A stretch of DNA of 64,000 nt from a virus. Location of the stretch: positions 14,041 through 78,040 of IMG/VR virus record IMGVR_UViG_3300042307_002096, one strand, 5' to 3'. This document shows, in pieces, positions 46,901 to 57,029 of this stretch. The notes under the pieces are model-generated. The model was not told where the DNA came from and ran no database searches. It was given only the letters and a program-made list of their open reading frames with translations. Made by a program: the position numbers and the translations under genes. The number at the start of each line of letters is the position of its first letter. The stretch's first letter is position 1.

Positions 46901-47613
46901 AGCTAACTATTAATAAAAACGATTTTGTTAATAACGTTCTAGGACCTGTTTCTAAGCTTGCTGACAATCTTTTGTTGGAGTTTGTGCAAGACACAAAAGC
47001 CAAGACGATGGTTAATTCGTCAGACAATTCTGTAATTCTTCTTGGAAGTGTTCCTTGTCAAGTTAAGGAACCATTTAAATGTGTAATTCCTGATTGCAAA
47101 ACTTTTTTAAGATTGTTTTCAGGAATTGAGAAAGAAACGATCACTTTAGAAGTGGAGTCAAACGTAATTAAATACCAAGACATTTCCTTTTCTTTCAAGT
47201 ATCATTTACTTGACGAGAGTTATATTGTAAATAAAAAATCAATTAGTGAAGAAAAACTCAATCAGTTAGTATACGATACTGTTTTTGTGATGACCAAACA
47301 AAAGCTTTCTGAAATTATTAAATTCAACAGTATAGTTCCGGATGCAGAAAAGCTTTATTTTATTTCTGAAAACAACAAAATTTTAGCAAAACTAGGAGAC
47401 GAACAAAAAGCTAATACAAACGAAATCGTTACAGAAATTAGTAGCGAATTTAGTGGAAAACATTTGACCGAAAAGTTTCCGATTAATATTCAAAATATTC
47501 TTTTGTTTTCTTTTAGTTCAGAAGAAATTAAAATTAGTATTAACCATCAACTTAAAGTCTTTAAGTTTGAGAGTCCTCTTTTAAGTTATATTGTATCTGG
47601 ACTTGTAAAGTAA
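46897..47613 (+). CDS. sliding clamp (gp45-like), tentative
   Basis: About 240 aa with a two-domain alternating pattern; replication context. Confidence 0.55.
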   Translation: MKLTINKNDFVNNVLGPVSKLADNLLLEFVQDTKAKTMVNSSDNSVILLGSVPCQVKEPFKCVIPDCKTFLRLFSGIEKETITLEVESNVIKYQDISFSFKYHLLDESYIVNKKSISEEKLNQLVYDTVFVMTKQKLSEIIKFNSIVPDAEKLYFISENNKILAKLGDEQKANTNEIVTEISSEFSGKHLTEKFPINIQNILLFSFSSEEIKISINHQLKVFKFESPLLSYIVSGLVK

Positions 47614-47631
47614 ACAGCCTAAATAAATTTT

Positions 47632-47973
47632 ATGGCTAATAAACTAACAACTCTTGGATATACACTTAAACGTTTTCGTGATTCTGGGTACATGGCAAAT
47701 AAATTATTTGCTGAATACAGAGACTTAGATCCAAGAGCTTGGACAATAATGATCGAACCAAACGTGGCTTCTGTTTTTTGTACATGTTACATAAACGACC
47801 CATATATTGGTGAAACATTTTTTGAGCTCTATGATGGAAATCAATACATTCCCGGTAGACTTAAGATTCAAACATCATCATTCGAGGTTATTGTTGAACA
47901 TCTAGTAAAATACGGCATTATTGGTAGCAAAGCTTCTCAAAAAGAAGAGCCATTGAAAAACTCAACCTTCTAG
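47632..47973 (+). CDS. hypothetical protein
   Basis: TAAATA upstream. Confidence 0.6.
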   Translation: MANKLTTLGYTLKRFRDSGYMANKLFAEYRDLDPRAWTIMIEPNVASVFCTCYINDPYIGETFFELYDGNQYIPGRLKIQTSSFEVIVEHLVKYGIIGSKASQKEEPLKNSTF

Positions 47974-47985
47974 CTAAATAGGTCT

Positions 47986-48321
47986 ATGGCAACGCCCAAA
48001 AAGAAAACTGTAAAGAAGACACTACACCCATCTTCTGAATCAAACATTCCAAAAGCAGAAAAAATTAATATAGAACAACTGTTTGAGCAAGCCGTACTAA
48101 GACACAAAAAAGACGAGCTATTAGATAAAAAAGTTAAACACAAGGAAATAGCTCATCTTTCTTTAATTGCTGAAGAATATTTAAGCAGCTTTGCCTTAAT
48201 TGGATTTTCCTTGCAAGATGAAGAGGTTGTAGTATTTAACGTGCCAACCCGAAAAGACGAAGCAGCACTAGCTGATTTATTAAGAGCCACGTTTATTGAC
48301 ATGGCTAGTAATCGTCCCTAA
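47986..48321 (+). CDS. hypothetical protein upstream of terminase
   Basis: TAAATA at 47975-47980. Confidence 0.6.
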   Translation: MATPKKKTVKKTLHPSSESNIPKAEKINIEQLFEQAVLRHKKDELLDKKVKHKEIAHLSLIAEEYLSSFALIGFSLQDEEVVVFNVPTRKDEAALADLLRATFIDMASNRP

Positions 48322-48329
48322 TTACTTCC

Positions 48330-50342
48330 ATGCTGGAAGATAACGCAGAAGAACAAAAAGGACGTAGAGGCCGTCCTAAGGGATCAAAAAATAAACCTAA
48401 AAGAGGCCGTCCTAAAGGATCAACAATTTCCAAAAAACCAACTCTGAGTCTCAAAAAAGAGACAAAGCTCAATAAAATTGGGGTTGCAGAAAACTCAACA
48501 ACGTACAAATCAGAAGAAGATGCATTAAATTCGGTTTTAGACGAAAATAAATTTACGGAAGCTGGGTACAATACCGACACAAATAAAATAATTAACCAAG
48601 AGCCTGTTGATTCTTCTTACTATTACAGAGGATCCAAGCACGTTCCTGTAGCCGGAGCTCAATATGAGTTTACAGCGGACATGGTTGAAGAGCTAAGAAG
48701 ATGCAAAAACAGCGTCGTGTATTTTGCTGAAAATTTCTTTTATATTGTTAGTTTAGATAGAGGCAAGGAAAAAATTAAATTATATAATGCCCAAAAACAA
48801 ATGCTGGAAAATATGGTATCTCATAGATTTACAGCAAATTTAGCATCCAGACAAAGTGGTAAAACTTCTCTTTTAACTATATTTGCTTTATGGATGGTTT
48901 GCTTTAACGACGACCATAGAGCAGCAATTGTTGCTAACAAAGAAGCAACAGCCATTAATATTTTTAAACGCGTGAGGATGGCATACGAACAGCTTCCAAA
49001 TTATATTAAGCCTGGTGTTAAAGATTATGGAAAGACTGGAATGACTCTTGGCAACGATTCAAGTATTATAGTTTCTACAACTACTGCTACATCGATCCGC
49101 GGTGACAGTCTTAATACCATTTGTTTGGATGAAGCGGCGTTTATTGAACCTCATTTGCTTGAAGAGTTTTGGGCATCAGTTATTCCAGCAATTTCTTCTG
49201 GTAAAAATTCTAAAATTTTAATGGTGTCTACACCAAATGGCGTAGGTAATAAATTTTATGAAATATTTTCCGGAGCCGAAAGCGGCAAGCTACCTCAATG
49301 GAAAGCATCAAGAATTGATTGGTGGGATAGACCAGAAAGAGATGAAAATTGGAAGCAAGACATGATTGCTGTACTTGGTTCAGAAGAAAAATTTCAACAA
49401 GAATTTGGCAATATGTTTTTAGATGATGCCGCCGCTGCAGTTGGAGCATCTATTATTGAACGATTTAAAACGCAAAAAATAAATCCTATTTGGTCATCAG
49501 ATGATGGAGAGTATGTAGTATTTGAATATCCAGATAGTAACAGATTATATGTAGTTGGCGTTGATGTTGGAGAAGGTATCGGCAGAGCTTCGTCTGTAGC
49601 TCAAATTTTAGACGTAACAGACCTCCAAAATATTAAACAAGTAGCTGTGTACGGTTCTGCTAAAATTGAACCATATCACTTTGCTAATAAACTGTCGGTT
49701 ATTGGTCAATCATGGGGATTGCCTCCAATTTTAATCGAAAGAAATAATTGTGGAGCTCAAGTCATTGATGCATTACATCACAATCACAATTACGAAAAAA
49801 TTGTATCATATTCTAAGATTTCAGAGCAAGACAAATATAATAAAACAAGAAACATGGGTGTTCTTTCCCATACAAATATTCGTTTTGATGGTATCCAAAA
49901 TATGAGGTATTGGATTAACCATCTCCAAACTGTACACATAAATGATCCTCAAACAATTTCCGAATTTGAAACGTTTGTCAGATTTCCTAATGGGACATAT
50001 AGAAAAAGAAATGATAATTTTTTTGATGATAGAGTAATGGCTTTAGTGTGGGCTTTGTTCATTTTGGAATCGGAAATTTGTCAGCAATATTTTGAAATTA
50101 TTGACTACGACATGCAACACAAGCCAATGCAGATTAAAACTAACGGGTTTTGGGAAAAAATAGAACAGTTTTACGAACTCAAAGAATTGAGCAAACTTTC
50201 GACAGTTATTCCAAAACCAAACTCTTCAGCAAATGACGCCACTTTCCCAACACTTGGTGTAACCAACAAAGATATAGAGTTGGGAGATAAGTATGAAGCA
50301 GATCTACATGAATTATTAGAACAAGGTTACGAATTTTTATAA
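48330..50342 (+). CDS. terminase large subunit (gp17-like) with N-terminal AT-hook motifs
   Basis: SRQSGKT, LDEAAF, STPNG, VDVGEG, IERN, DDRVMA; RGRPKGS twice at the N-terminus. Confidence 0.93.
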   Translation: MLEDNAEEQKGRRGRPKGSKNKPKRGRPKGSTISKKPTLSLKKETKLNKIGVAENSTTYKSEEDALNSVLDENKFTEAGYNTDTNKIINQEPVDSSYYYRGSKHVPVAGAQYEFTADMVEELRRCKNSVVYFAENFFYIVSLDRGKEKIKLYNAQKQMLENMVSHRFTANLASRQSGKTSLLTIFALWMVCFNDDHRAAIVANKEATAINIFKRVRMAYEQLPNYIKPGVKDYGKTGMTLGNDSSIIVSTTTATSIRGDSLNTICLDEAAFIEPHLLEEFWASVIPAISSGKNSKILMVSTPNGVGNKFYEIFSGAESGKLPQWKASRIDWWDRPERDENWKQDMIAVLGSEEKFQQEFGNMFLDDAAAAVGASIIERFKTQKINPIWSSDDGEYVVFEYPDSNRLYVVGVDVGEGIGRASSVAQILDVTDLQNIKQVAVYGSAKIEPYHFANKLSVIGQSWGLPPILIERNNCGAQVIDALHHNHNYEKIVSYSKISEQDKYNKTRNMGVLSHTNIRFDGIQNMRYWINHLQTVHINDPQTISEFETFVRFPNGTYRKRNDNFFDDRVMALVWALFILESEICQQYFEIIDYDMQHKPMQIKTNGFWEKIEQFYELKELSKLSTVIPKPNSSANDATFPTLGVTNKDIELGDKYEADLHELLEQGYEFL

Positions 50343-50343
50343 T

Positions 50344-50964
50344 ATGTCTGATGCAACTTGCACAAATCCACAATTACAATCTCCTTTAAACCGGTCTTCA
50401 AAAGACAAGTTTATTATGATTTTGGATTTACCTTACGTATTAAAATCAAAATCTGTAACAGATCCTCTTATAGATATCAATCCTTTGCAAATAAGCATTT
50501 TTGGTACAATAGTTCCGGACATAATAGTTCCAGAAGTAGATGTTAGATACGCTGGCCAAAATTTTCATCTTTCTACGTATACAAGGCCAAATTATCCTCC
50601 ATTAACAATAAATTTTGTCGTAGATAACGATTATAAAAATTATTATGTTTTATGGAAATGGCTAGACGCCATGAATATTGCTTTAGAAAGTTTTTATGGA
50701 GGTAATGATCAACTTAATGGTGACGAACGTGTGATGGTTGGAAGTCAATTTGAATATCAAACTACATTTAGTATAGTAGCTTTGAATGAATACAATGAGC
50801 CTGCATTGGAATTTAAGTACAGCAAGGCTTTTTTATCAACTTTAGGAGGAATTAATTACTCCTATAGAGACGGAGAAATAATTGAAGCTTCTGCTCAGTT
50901 TCATTTTAGTCAGCTGGATGTCATAAAAAACCAACCAAAAACCAACATAATACAGCAATCTTAA
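50344..50964 (+). CDS. tail completion/tube terminator (gp3-like)
   Basis: YPPLTINFVVDNDYKNY..LWKWL pattern of the gp3/gp19 fold; context. Confidence 0.7.
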   Translation: MSDATCTNPQLQSPLNRSSKDKFIMILDLPYVLKSKSVTDPLIDINPLQISIFGTIVPDIIVPEVDVRYAGQNFHLSTYTRPNYPPLTINFVVDNDYKNYYVLWKWLDAMNIALESFYGGNDQLNGDERVMVGSQFEYQTTFSIVALNEYNEPALEFKYSKAFLSTLGGINYSYRDGEIIEASAQFHFSQLDVIKNQPKTNIIQQS

Positions 50965-50984
50965 AAAAAATGTCTTAGATTAGA

Positions 50985-50990
50985 TAAATA
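50985..50990 (+). promoter_or_regulatory. T4-like late promoter TAAATA
   Basis: Upstream of the sheath gene; same box at 18498, 34658, 38480, 40405, 47975, 53163 and 56049; gp55-like gene present. Confidence 0.7.
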
Positions 50991-50996
50991 AACTAT

Positions 50997-53150
50997 ATGG
51001 CAAGAATTATTAACTCACCCGGTGTTCAAATAACAGAAAAAGATCTTTCTCTTAGAACAGAACTTCCAGCAGGAACACAAGTAGTCGTTCCAGGATTTGC
51101 ATCTCAAGGCCCAACCTCGGAGCCAATTATGATTACTTCGACTAGTGAACTCGAATCAATCTACGGTATTCCTACTACACCAGCTGAACGTTATTTTTAT
51201 TATTCTTGCAAAGAAGTTTTAAATTCTCCAGCCGTCCTTAATACAATTCGTCTTCCATATGGAGCAGGCACTGGTTCTGATTATTCAAATTCATACAGCG
51301 CTTTATTTTATCCAATGCTTTCTGCAGGAACAGCGTCTGATGCAGTAAGCGCCTGGGAAATTGGAGCTCCAACTCATTATCCTTTAAGTCAAACAGAGTA
51401 CGATCAACTAATTCAAGGAAATTTTGATTGGACTGGAACAAGCAGTGTTAATCTTGATTTGACAGCAGGAGAAGTTACTGCTGGATTTTTTATCTTAAAC
51501 GATCTACAAACTGTTATTAATGAAGGAGCAGAAGGATATTATATTGGATTTGCTGACAACTTGTCAGTTTCTACAAATTCCCCAAATTTTGATTCAATTA
51601 AATTAGCCACAACTCTTTCTGCAGAAAACGGTGATTTTGTATTGTTGTCATCAACTCGTTTAGATTTTGCTTTATCAGCAACTAAAATAGATTCTGATAA
51701 TGGCCTTCTTTCTGTTTCAGAAAGCCTCGAAAAAGTAGGATTTATTGGTTTTGAAACTGATTCTTATCAAGATCATCTTTCTTTAGGCGTATTTAAGATT
51801 CGCAAATCTACTACAGATGCAACTCTTCTTACTCTAGCGTCTTACGAAAAATACCTTGGTTCGTTCAATTATAACAGAAAGCAAGTCAGTCAAAATGGCG
51901 GCATTCTTTCTAATGCATTTATTGAAGACGCTATCAACAACGGTTCTCCAACAATTAAAGTATTCATTAACCCATTTATCTCACAATTATTTAATTGGGC
52001 TGTTAATTCAACTGCTCCTACAACTAGAATTACCGTACGAGAAGCAGCAAAGTCTTTGTATCCTGTTGGTGTATATACTCCAGACACACAAGCAATTAAT
52101 ACCACTAAAGTAATTGGAAGCGTGCCTGGTAAACTAGACAAAGTTCTTCGTACTCTCGAAAATATTGAAGACACCACAGTTGATGTTTTGGTTGATGCTG
52201 GTCTTTCGACTATCTATTCTACAACAAGACAAACATTCACTGAAGCAGAAGGATCGTTTGATGACACAACCTACATTGAAGCAATTAGCAGCATCAATTT
52301 TGATTCTGATGGTAGTCTTGCAGACGACTGGAGAAGCGTTGTTAACGTATTAGTAAATTTTTCAGAAAACACTCGTCAAGACTGCTTCACTATTATTGAT
52401 CCTCCTCGCTCCGTCTTTATTAGTGGTAAAGACACAAAAGTAATCAACATTGACGGTAAGACATTTACCTCAAACATATATAATCCTCTTAAAACATGTG
52501 TTAATGGACTCGAAACAAATTACGCAGCAGCATATGCAAATTGGGTTAAAAATACTGATTTGTTTACTACCAGAAACATATGGCTTCCGTTTTCAGGATA
52601 TGCTGCAGCAGTTTTTGCTAGAAGTGATGCCTCATCAAACACATGGTCTGCTCCAGCAGGTTTAAATAGAGGCTCATTTGATAACGTTATCGATATTGCT
52701 TTTAATCCAAATTCAAAACAACGTGACAGGCTTTATGAAATTGCAACTAACCCTGTTGTATTGTTTAGTGGAGACGGATTCTCAATATTTGGTCAAAAAA
52801 CTCTTCAAAACAAACCAACTGCGTTCGATCGCATTAACGTTCGCAGACTATTTTTGACTCTTGAAAGAGCAGTCCGCAAAACACTCAAATATTTTGTATT
52901 TGAACCAAATACCGAATTTACACGTTTAAGAGTTAAAAATACAATTACTCCTATCTTTGACTTTGCCAAAAATACTGAAGGAGTGTACGACTATTTAATT
53001 GTGGTGGATGAAAGAAACAATACTCCGGATACAATTGATAATAATGAAATGATCGTAGATATCTATTTAAAACCAGTACGTACAGCTGAATTTATTCTAG
53101 TAAACTTTATTGCTACACGTACCGGTCAAAATTTCCAAGAATTAATTTAA
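50997..53150 (+). CDS. tail sheath protein (gp18-like)
   Basis: SPGVQITEKD, WSAPAGLNRG, GQKT...DRINVRRLF, FVFEPN, KPVRTAEFI. Confidence 0.95.
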   Translation: MARIINSPGVQITEKDLSLRTELPAGTQVVVPGFASQGPTSEPIMITSTSELESIYGIPTTPAERYFYYSCKEVLNSPAVLNTIRLPYGAGTGSDYSNSYSALFYPMLSAGTASDAVSAWEIGAPTHYPLSQTEYDQLIQGNFDWTGTSSVNLDLTAGEVTAGFFILNDLQTVINEGAEGYYIGFADNLSVSTNSPNFDSIKLATTLSAENGDFVLLSSTRLDFALSATKIDSDNGLLSVSESLEKVGFIGFETDSYQDHLSLGVFKIRKSTTDATLLTLASYEKYLGSFNYNRKQVSQNGGILSNAFIEDAINNGSPTIKVFINPFISQLFNWAVNSTAPTTRITVREAAKSLYPVGVYTPDTQAINTTKVIGSVPGKLDKVLRTLENIEDTTVDVLVDAGLSTIYSTTRQTFTEAEGSFDDTTYIEAISSINFDSDGSLADDWRSVVNVLVNFSENTRQDCFTIIDPPRSVFISGKDTKVINIDGKTFTSNIYNPLKTCVNGLETNYAAAYANWVKNTDLFTTRNIWLPFSGYAAAVFARSDASSNTWSAPAGLNRGSFDNVIDIAFNPNSKQRDRLYEIATNPVVLFSGDGFSIFGQKTLQNKPTAFDRINVRRLFLTLERAVRKTLKYFVFEPNTEFTRLRVKNTITPIFDFAKNTEGVYDYLIVVDERNNTPDTIDNNEMIVDIYLKPVRTAEFILVNFIATRTGQNFQELI

Positions 53151-53173
53151 CAACCAGCTAGATAAATAATATT

Positions 53174-53806
53174 ATGTCAATTCAAAAATTCTACAATCAA
53201 GCAGCTCAAAGAGACTTTGCAAGAGTATTTCAATTTCGTGTGTCTCAATTTGGCAATGTAAACTTTAACGACAATCACTTGGTATACGTAGAAACTGCAA
53301 CTCTTCCAGGAAGAACAATTACAAACGTTCCTGTTACCTACATGGGCTTAGATTTCAATGTTCCCGGTACCGTAAAATATCCAGGCTCCGCTGGCTATTC
53401 TGTAGTGTTCCGTTGTGATCAAAATTATGATATCCGTGCAGCTTTAGAAGCAGCGACTTTTGCTGCTTTTGATGAGACGACATCTACTGGGGACTACAAC
53501 ACTCCTTCTCCAGGATCTTTATTGGTATTAGAATTACTTGATAAAGGTGGAGACAATGTACAAAAAGTTGCTCCGAGAGTAGTTCGTACATATGTTCTTG
53601 TTGGAGCTTATGTGCAATCTATTGCTGACGCTGGATATGACATTAAAGACACAGGAACAATACAAACAGTAACAACTTCAATTGCATATCAATACTGGTA
53701 CTCATATGCAGGAGCTAGAATTACTCAACCACGCCTAGGCCCAAGCCAATTTGGTGGAGCTGGAATTCAAGTCAGCCCAGGTAGCCCATGGGGATCAAGA
53801 AGATAA
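53174..53806 (+). CDS. tail tube protein (gp19-like)
   Basis: Follows the sheath; TATLPG...V.YMG....PG pattern. Confidence 0.8.
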   Translation: MSIQKFYNQAAQRDFARVFQFRVSQFGNVNFNDNHLVYVETATLPGRTITNVPVTYMGLDFNVPGTVKYPGSAGYSVVFRCDQNYDIRAALEAATFAAFDETTSTGDYNTPSPGSLLVLELLDKGGDNVQKVAPRVVRTYVLVGAYVQSIADAGYDIKDTGTIQTVTTSIAYQYWYSYAGARITQPRLGPSQFGGAGIQVSPGSPWGSRR

Positions 53807-53821
53807 AATTATTTTTGACAA

Positions 53822-54190
53822 ATGGAAAAAATAATTTTAAATTTAATTAAACTCCAAAATCAATTAAGAATTAATCACTGGCAAACAGAAAGCTACGCTC
53901 AACATAAAGCGTTTGCAAAAGCTTATGAGGGGTTGGGGGGTTTACTGGACAGTTTAGTTGAAGTGCATCAAGGCAAATATGGTAGAATTTCCTATCCATC
54001 TCCTGCTTCTGTCGAATTGGTTAATATGAGTGATCTTGATATTAATAGCGTTCTTGTTGAGGTAACTGATTATCTTTCTTCGGAATTTAATAATGAAGTT
54101 GATCAAGAAAAGGACACTGATTGTCTCAACATTAGAGATTCTATTCTTCAAGAACTCAATCAATTAAAATATCTTTTGACTTTAAAATAA
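53822..54190 (+). CDS. ferritin/Dps-like four-helix protein (DUF5856-like)
   Basis: HWQTESYAQHKA...Y....D..VE...G; ends LKYLLTLK. Confidence 0.7.
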   Translation: MEKIILNLIKLQNQLRINHWQTESYAQHKAFAKAYEGLGGLLDSLVEVHQGKYGRISYPSPASVELVNMSDLDINSVLVEVTDYLSSEFNNEVDQEKDTDCLNIRDSILQELNQLKYLLTLK

Positions 54191-54240
54191 TTGAGTCATT
54201 CAAAAGTTGAATATTTTCTAAGTCAACCTACATTGCAATA

Positions 54241-54639
54241 ATGGCTATATACAAAAATACAAAAATAACACAAGAATTTTTAGACCTTAATTCAAGTGCT
54301 TATTTTGTATTTGGAGACAATCTAGAAAGATGGGGACGTGGTGGAGCAGCAAAGTTAAGAGACCATCCTCGTTCAATTGGGTTTATTACTAAAAAATTTC
54401 CAGATAATAAAGATGAATCTTTTTATAAGCCAGAAGAATATAGTCCAGTATTTTTTGAAGAACTACAAAAACTCAAAATGTTTATTGAACAACGTCCAGA
54501 AAAAACTTTTTATATTTCACAGCTTGGTGGCGGTCTTGCTAACAAATTCCGTATTTGGCAAAAGTTAGTCAGCCATAATTTGACAAAAGCATTGGAAAAG
54601 TACAATAACGTTGTATTTTGTTGGGAAGAAAATTTTTAA
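54241..54639 (+). CDS. macrodomain-like phage protein
   Basis: FVFGDN...G.GGAA, LGGGLA; promoter TTGAAT-N16-TACATT. Confidence 0.55.
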   Translation: MAIYKNTKITQEFLDLNSSAYFVFGDNLERWGRGGAAKLRDHPRSIGFITKKFPDNKDESFYKPEEYSPVFFEELQKLKMFIEQRPEKTFYISQLGGGLANKFRIWQKLVSHNLTKALEKYNNVVFCWEENF

Positions 54640-54688
54640 TTTAAATAGATACAATTCAAGTTTTTTTTGTTGTTTAGATAAAAAATGA

Positions 54689-54928
54689 ATGTATACTTTA
54701 AGTGTGCTATATAAAAAATCTAAAACCACCATTAAGTTTGTATATGAACATGAAGGACTAAATAATGATTACTTTTCTATTCCTCCAACAAAAATAGCGT
54801 ATACAATTGACGGAGAATCAAGCATACACGAATGCATCACAGCTTTTGAAAATTTTTTACTTGGTTGTGGTTATCGTTTAAACAAAGGAGAAACAATTGA
54901 TATTGTAGAGGATTTCAATAATGTCTAA
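54689..54928 (+). CDS. hypothetical protein
   Basis: FENFLLGCGY motif; ORF track. Confidence 0.55.
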   Translation: MYTLSVLYKKSKTTIKFVYEHEGLNNDYFSIPPTKIAYTIDGESSIHECITAFENFLLGCGYRLNKGETIDIVEDFNNV

Positions 54929-55193
54929 TTTTTCCTTTGATGACTATCAAGCTCTTTTTGAATTGGGGTTGTTTGATCAGGATCCTGCAGTAAAAGTTCT
55001 TGATGAATTTACTATATGTCCTACATCTTTGGCTGGACTAGTGACAGCATTGTTTGAAACGGTAATGAAATCTGTTCCGGATGAAGATCAAATTGAATAC
55101 GAAGCTAAATTTAATTCTTCCCTTAAAATTTTAATGCAAGAACGCTTTAATTACGATATAACCATCAAATATCCTGATGATTGTGAAGAATAA
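54921..55193 (+). CDS. hypothetical acidic protein
   Basis: ORF track. Confidence 0.55.
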   Translation: MSNFSFDDYQALFELGLFDQDPAVKVLDEFTICPTSLAGLVTALFETVMKSVPDEDQIEYEAKFNSSLKILMQERFNYDITIKYPDDCEE

Positions 55194-55596
55194 AAGAATT
55201 TCATGGGAGGAATATGCCTTAAAGATTGCTAGTGTTGCTTCCGAGCGTTCCGAAGATCCTAGAACAAAAGTGGGTTGTTGTCTTTTGCGGCACGATCACA
55301 CTATAGCAAGTTTAGGGTATAACGGAGCTCCTTCTGGCGTTGAGATTGATTGGGAGAACAGAGAGGAAAAACACAAACGAGTCATACATGCAGAAATTAA
55401 TGCGCTAAGAATGATTAAGTCTGGGGAATGTTATATAGCCGCTATAACACATACACCTTGTAATGATTGTTTAAAATCATTAGCAGCATATGGGATAAAA
55501 AAAGTTGTATATAAAGTCACGTACGCCTCTGCGGAAAATTATAATCCGCATGTGATAGCAAAAGATTTTGGAATAGAGTTAGTTCAATTATTTTAG
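55177..55596 (+). CDS. dCMP deaminase
   Basis: RSEDP.TKVG, GYNG, HAE.NA, PCNDC. Confidence 0.88.
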   Translation: MIVKNKRISWEEYALKIASVASERSEDPRTKVGCCLLRHDHTIASLGYNGAPSGVEIDWENREEKHKRVIHAEINALRMIKSGECYIAAITHTPCNDCLKSLAAYGIKKVVYKVTYASAENYNPHVIAKDFGIELVQLF

Positions 55597-55622
55597 TTAT
55601 ATTTAATTTTTTTTTTAATTTA

Positions 55623-56051
55623 ATGAAATTAATTGCAAGCAAGTCTTATTTTAAGCGTCTTGAAGACATTGCTCTTTCGTTAATTGATTGGAGCGATCCA
55701 ATTCGTTGCAGGCATTTTTCTTTTATTCTTAACAAGAAAAAAATTGTAGCTATTGGAATAAACCAACAAAAAACTCATCCAACACATCTAAAAAATAGAA
55801 AAGTATCATTAAGAACCGGAGAAGATTTTTCGGATCAAAAACATACTTGTAGCGAATTTAGCGCCATTATTAAACTCAAAAATTTGACTAATATAGATAC
55901 AAAAAAATGTACTTTGGTTAATTTGAGATATGACAGAAACAAAAAACTCGCATTAGCATCTCCGTGTATGTCATGCATAAGTTTGCTTAAATATCACGAG
56001 TTTAAAAAAATAATTTGGACAGACAACAGCGGAAATTATGTTAATGAATAA
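55623..56051 (+). CDS. zinc-dependent deaminase-fold protein, substrate unknown
   Basis: IVAIGIN, HTCSE, ASPCMSC. Confidence 0.7.
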   Translation: MKLIASKSYFKRLEDIALSLIDWSDPIRCRHFSFILNKKKIVAIGINQQKTHPTHLKNRKVSLRTGEDFSDQKHTCSEFSAIIKLKNLTNIDTKKCTLVNLRYDRNKKLALASPCMSCISLLKYHEFKKIIWTDNSGNYVNE

Positions 56052-56059
56052 ATACTAAT

Positions 56060-56899
56060 ATGGTCCGTTTTGCTGATTTTTATAAAATATTAACAGAAGC
56101 TAAATTTAGAACTTTGTCGAAAAATATTGCTTCTCAAGCAGATCATATTGCTAATCTATATTTAGATTTTATAAAACAATTAACTCCTAAAATAGAAAAA
56201 GCACTTTTGAGTCAACCATTAAATCCGTTTTGGCGAGATTATTTTAAATTAAACAAAAACAACGTGCAATTTTTATTCAAGCTAACTCAATCTAAATTCA
56301 AAGATTTAGAAACAAACAAAATGGTGACATATAATGTATATGTTGCGTTTGGGGAGGATAGTAACGATTATGCTATTTGTGACACAGAATACAAAATAAT
56401 TGTAATATACGACAATGCCTGTAGATCGTTATCAAAAGAAAAACTTGCAACAATCATTGTTCATGAAATTACTCACGGCTTTCAACAATACAAACATTAC
56501 ACAAAAAAATATCAAAACTTAAAGACGCAAAAATCCGCAAAAGCTCAAAAAAAAGCTAGTACCTTGTATCACAAAGAACCAGTTGAATTTGATGCTTTTA
56601 CTACAGAACTTTCGTATGCAATTAGAAAAGAACATCAGCGAATTAAAAGCAATATCATTAATTCTAAATTACCCGAAACTAAAAAATTGATGGAAAAAAA
56701 GCTAGAAAAATTTTTGCTAGAGTTAAAACTTTTTATTCAATCTCCTCTAGATACATATTTTGTACACAAAGAACTTTCTTTGCCATCCAGTTTAAGTGGT
56801 TTTGAAGATCTGTTAGAAAGCATACAACAAGACCCAAAATTGTGGAAATCGTTTAAAACAAAAATGGTAAACTTATACAACGAGTTGATAACACCTTAA
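56060..56899 (+). CDS. HExxH metalloprotease-like, possible internal head protein
   Basis: MVRFADFYKILTE; IVHEITHGFQ...Y...PVEFDA; TAAATA upstream. Confidence 0.6.
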   Translation: MVRFADFYKILTEAKFRTLSKNIASQADHIANLYLDFIKQLTPKIEKALLSQPLNPFWRDYFKLNKNNVQFLFKLTQSKFKDLETNKMVTYNVYVAFGEDSNDYAICDTEYKIIVIYDNACRSLSKEKLATIIVHEITHGFQQYKHYTKKYQNLKTQKSAKAQKKASTLYHKEPVEFDAFTTELSYAIRKEHQRIKSNIINSKLPETKKLMEKKLEKFLLELKLFIQSPLDTYFVHKELSLPSSLSGFEDLLESIQQDPKLWKSFKTKMVNLYNELITP

Positions 56900-57029
56900 T
56901 GTTGTTTAATTAATAATAATGAATGGTCCATCTATAATAGACAAAATAGGCTGGTTTATTCTTTTGTGTGGAATGCTTATTACGCTAGCTCATAGTGTAA
57001 TAAAAATAATTTATGTATTATAACAAGCA

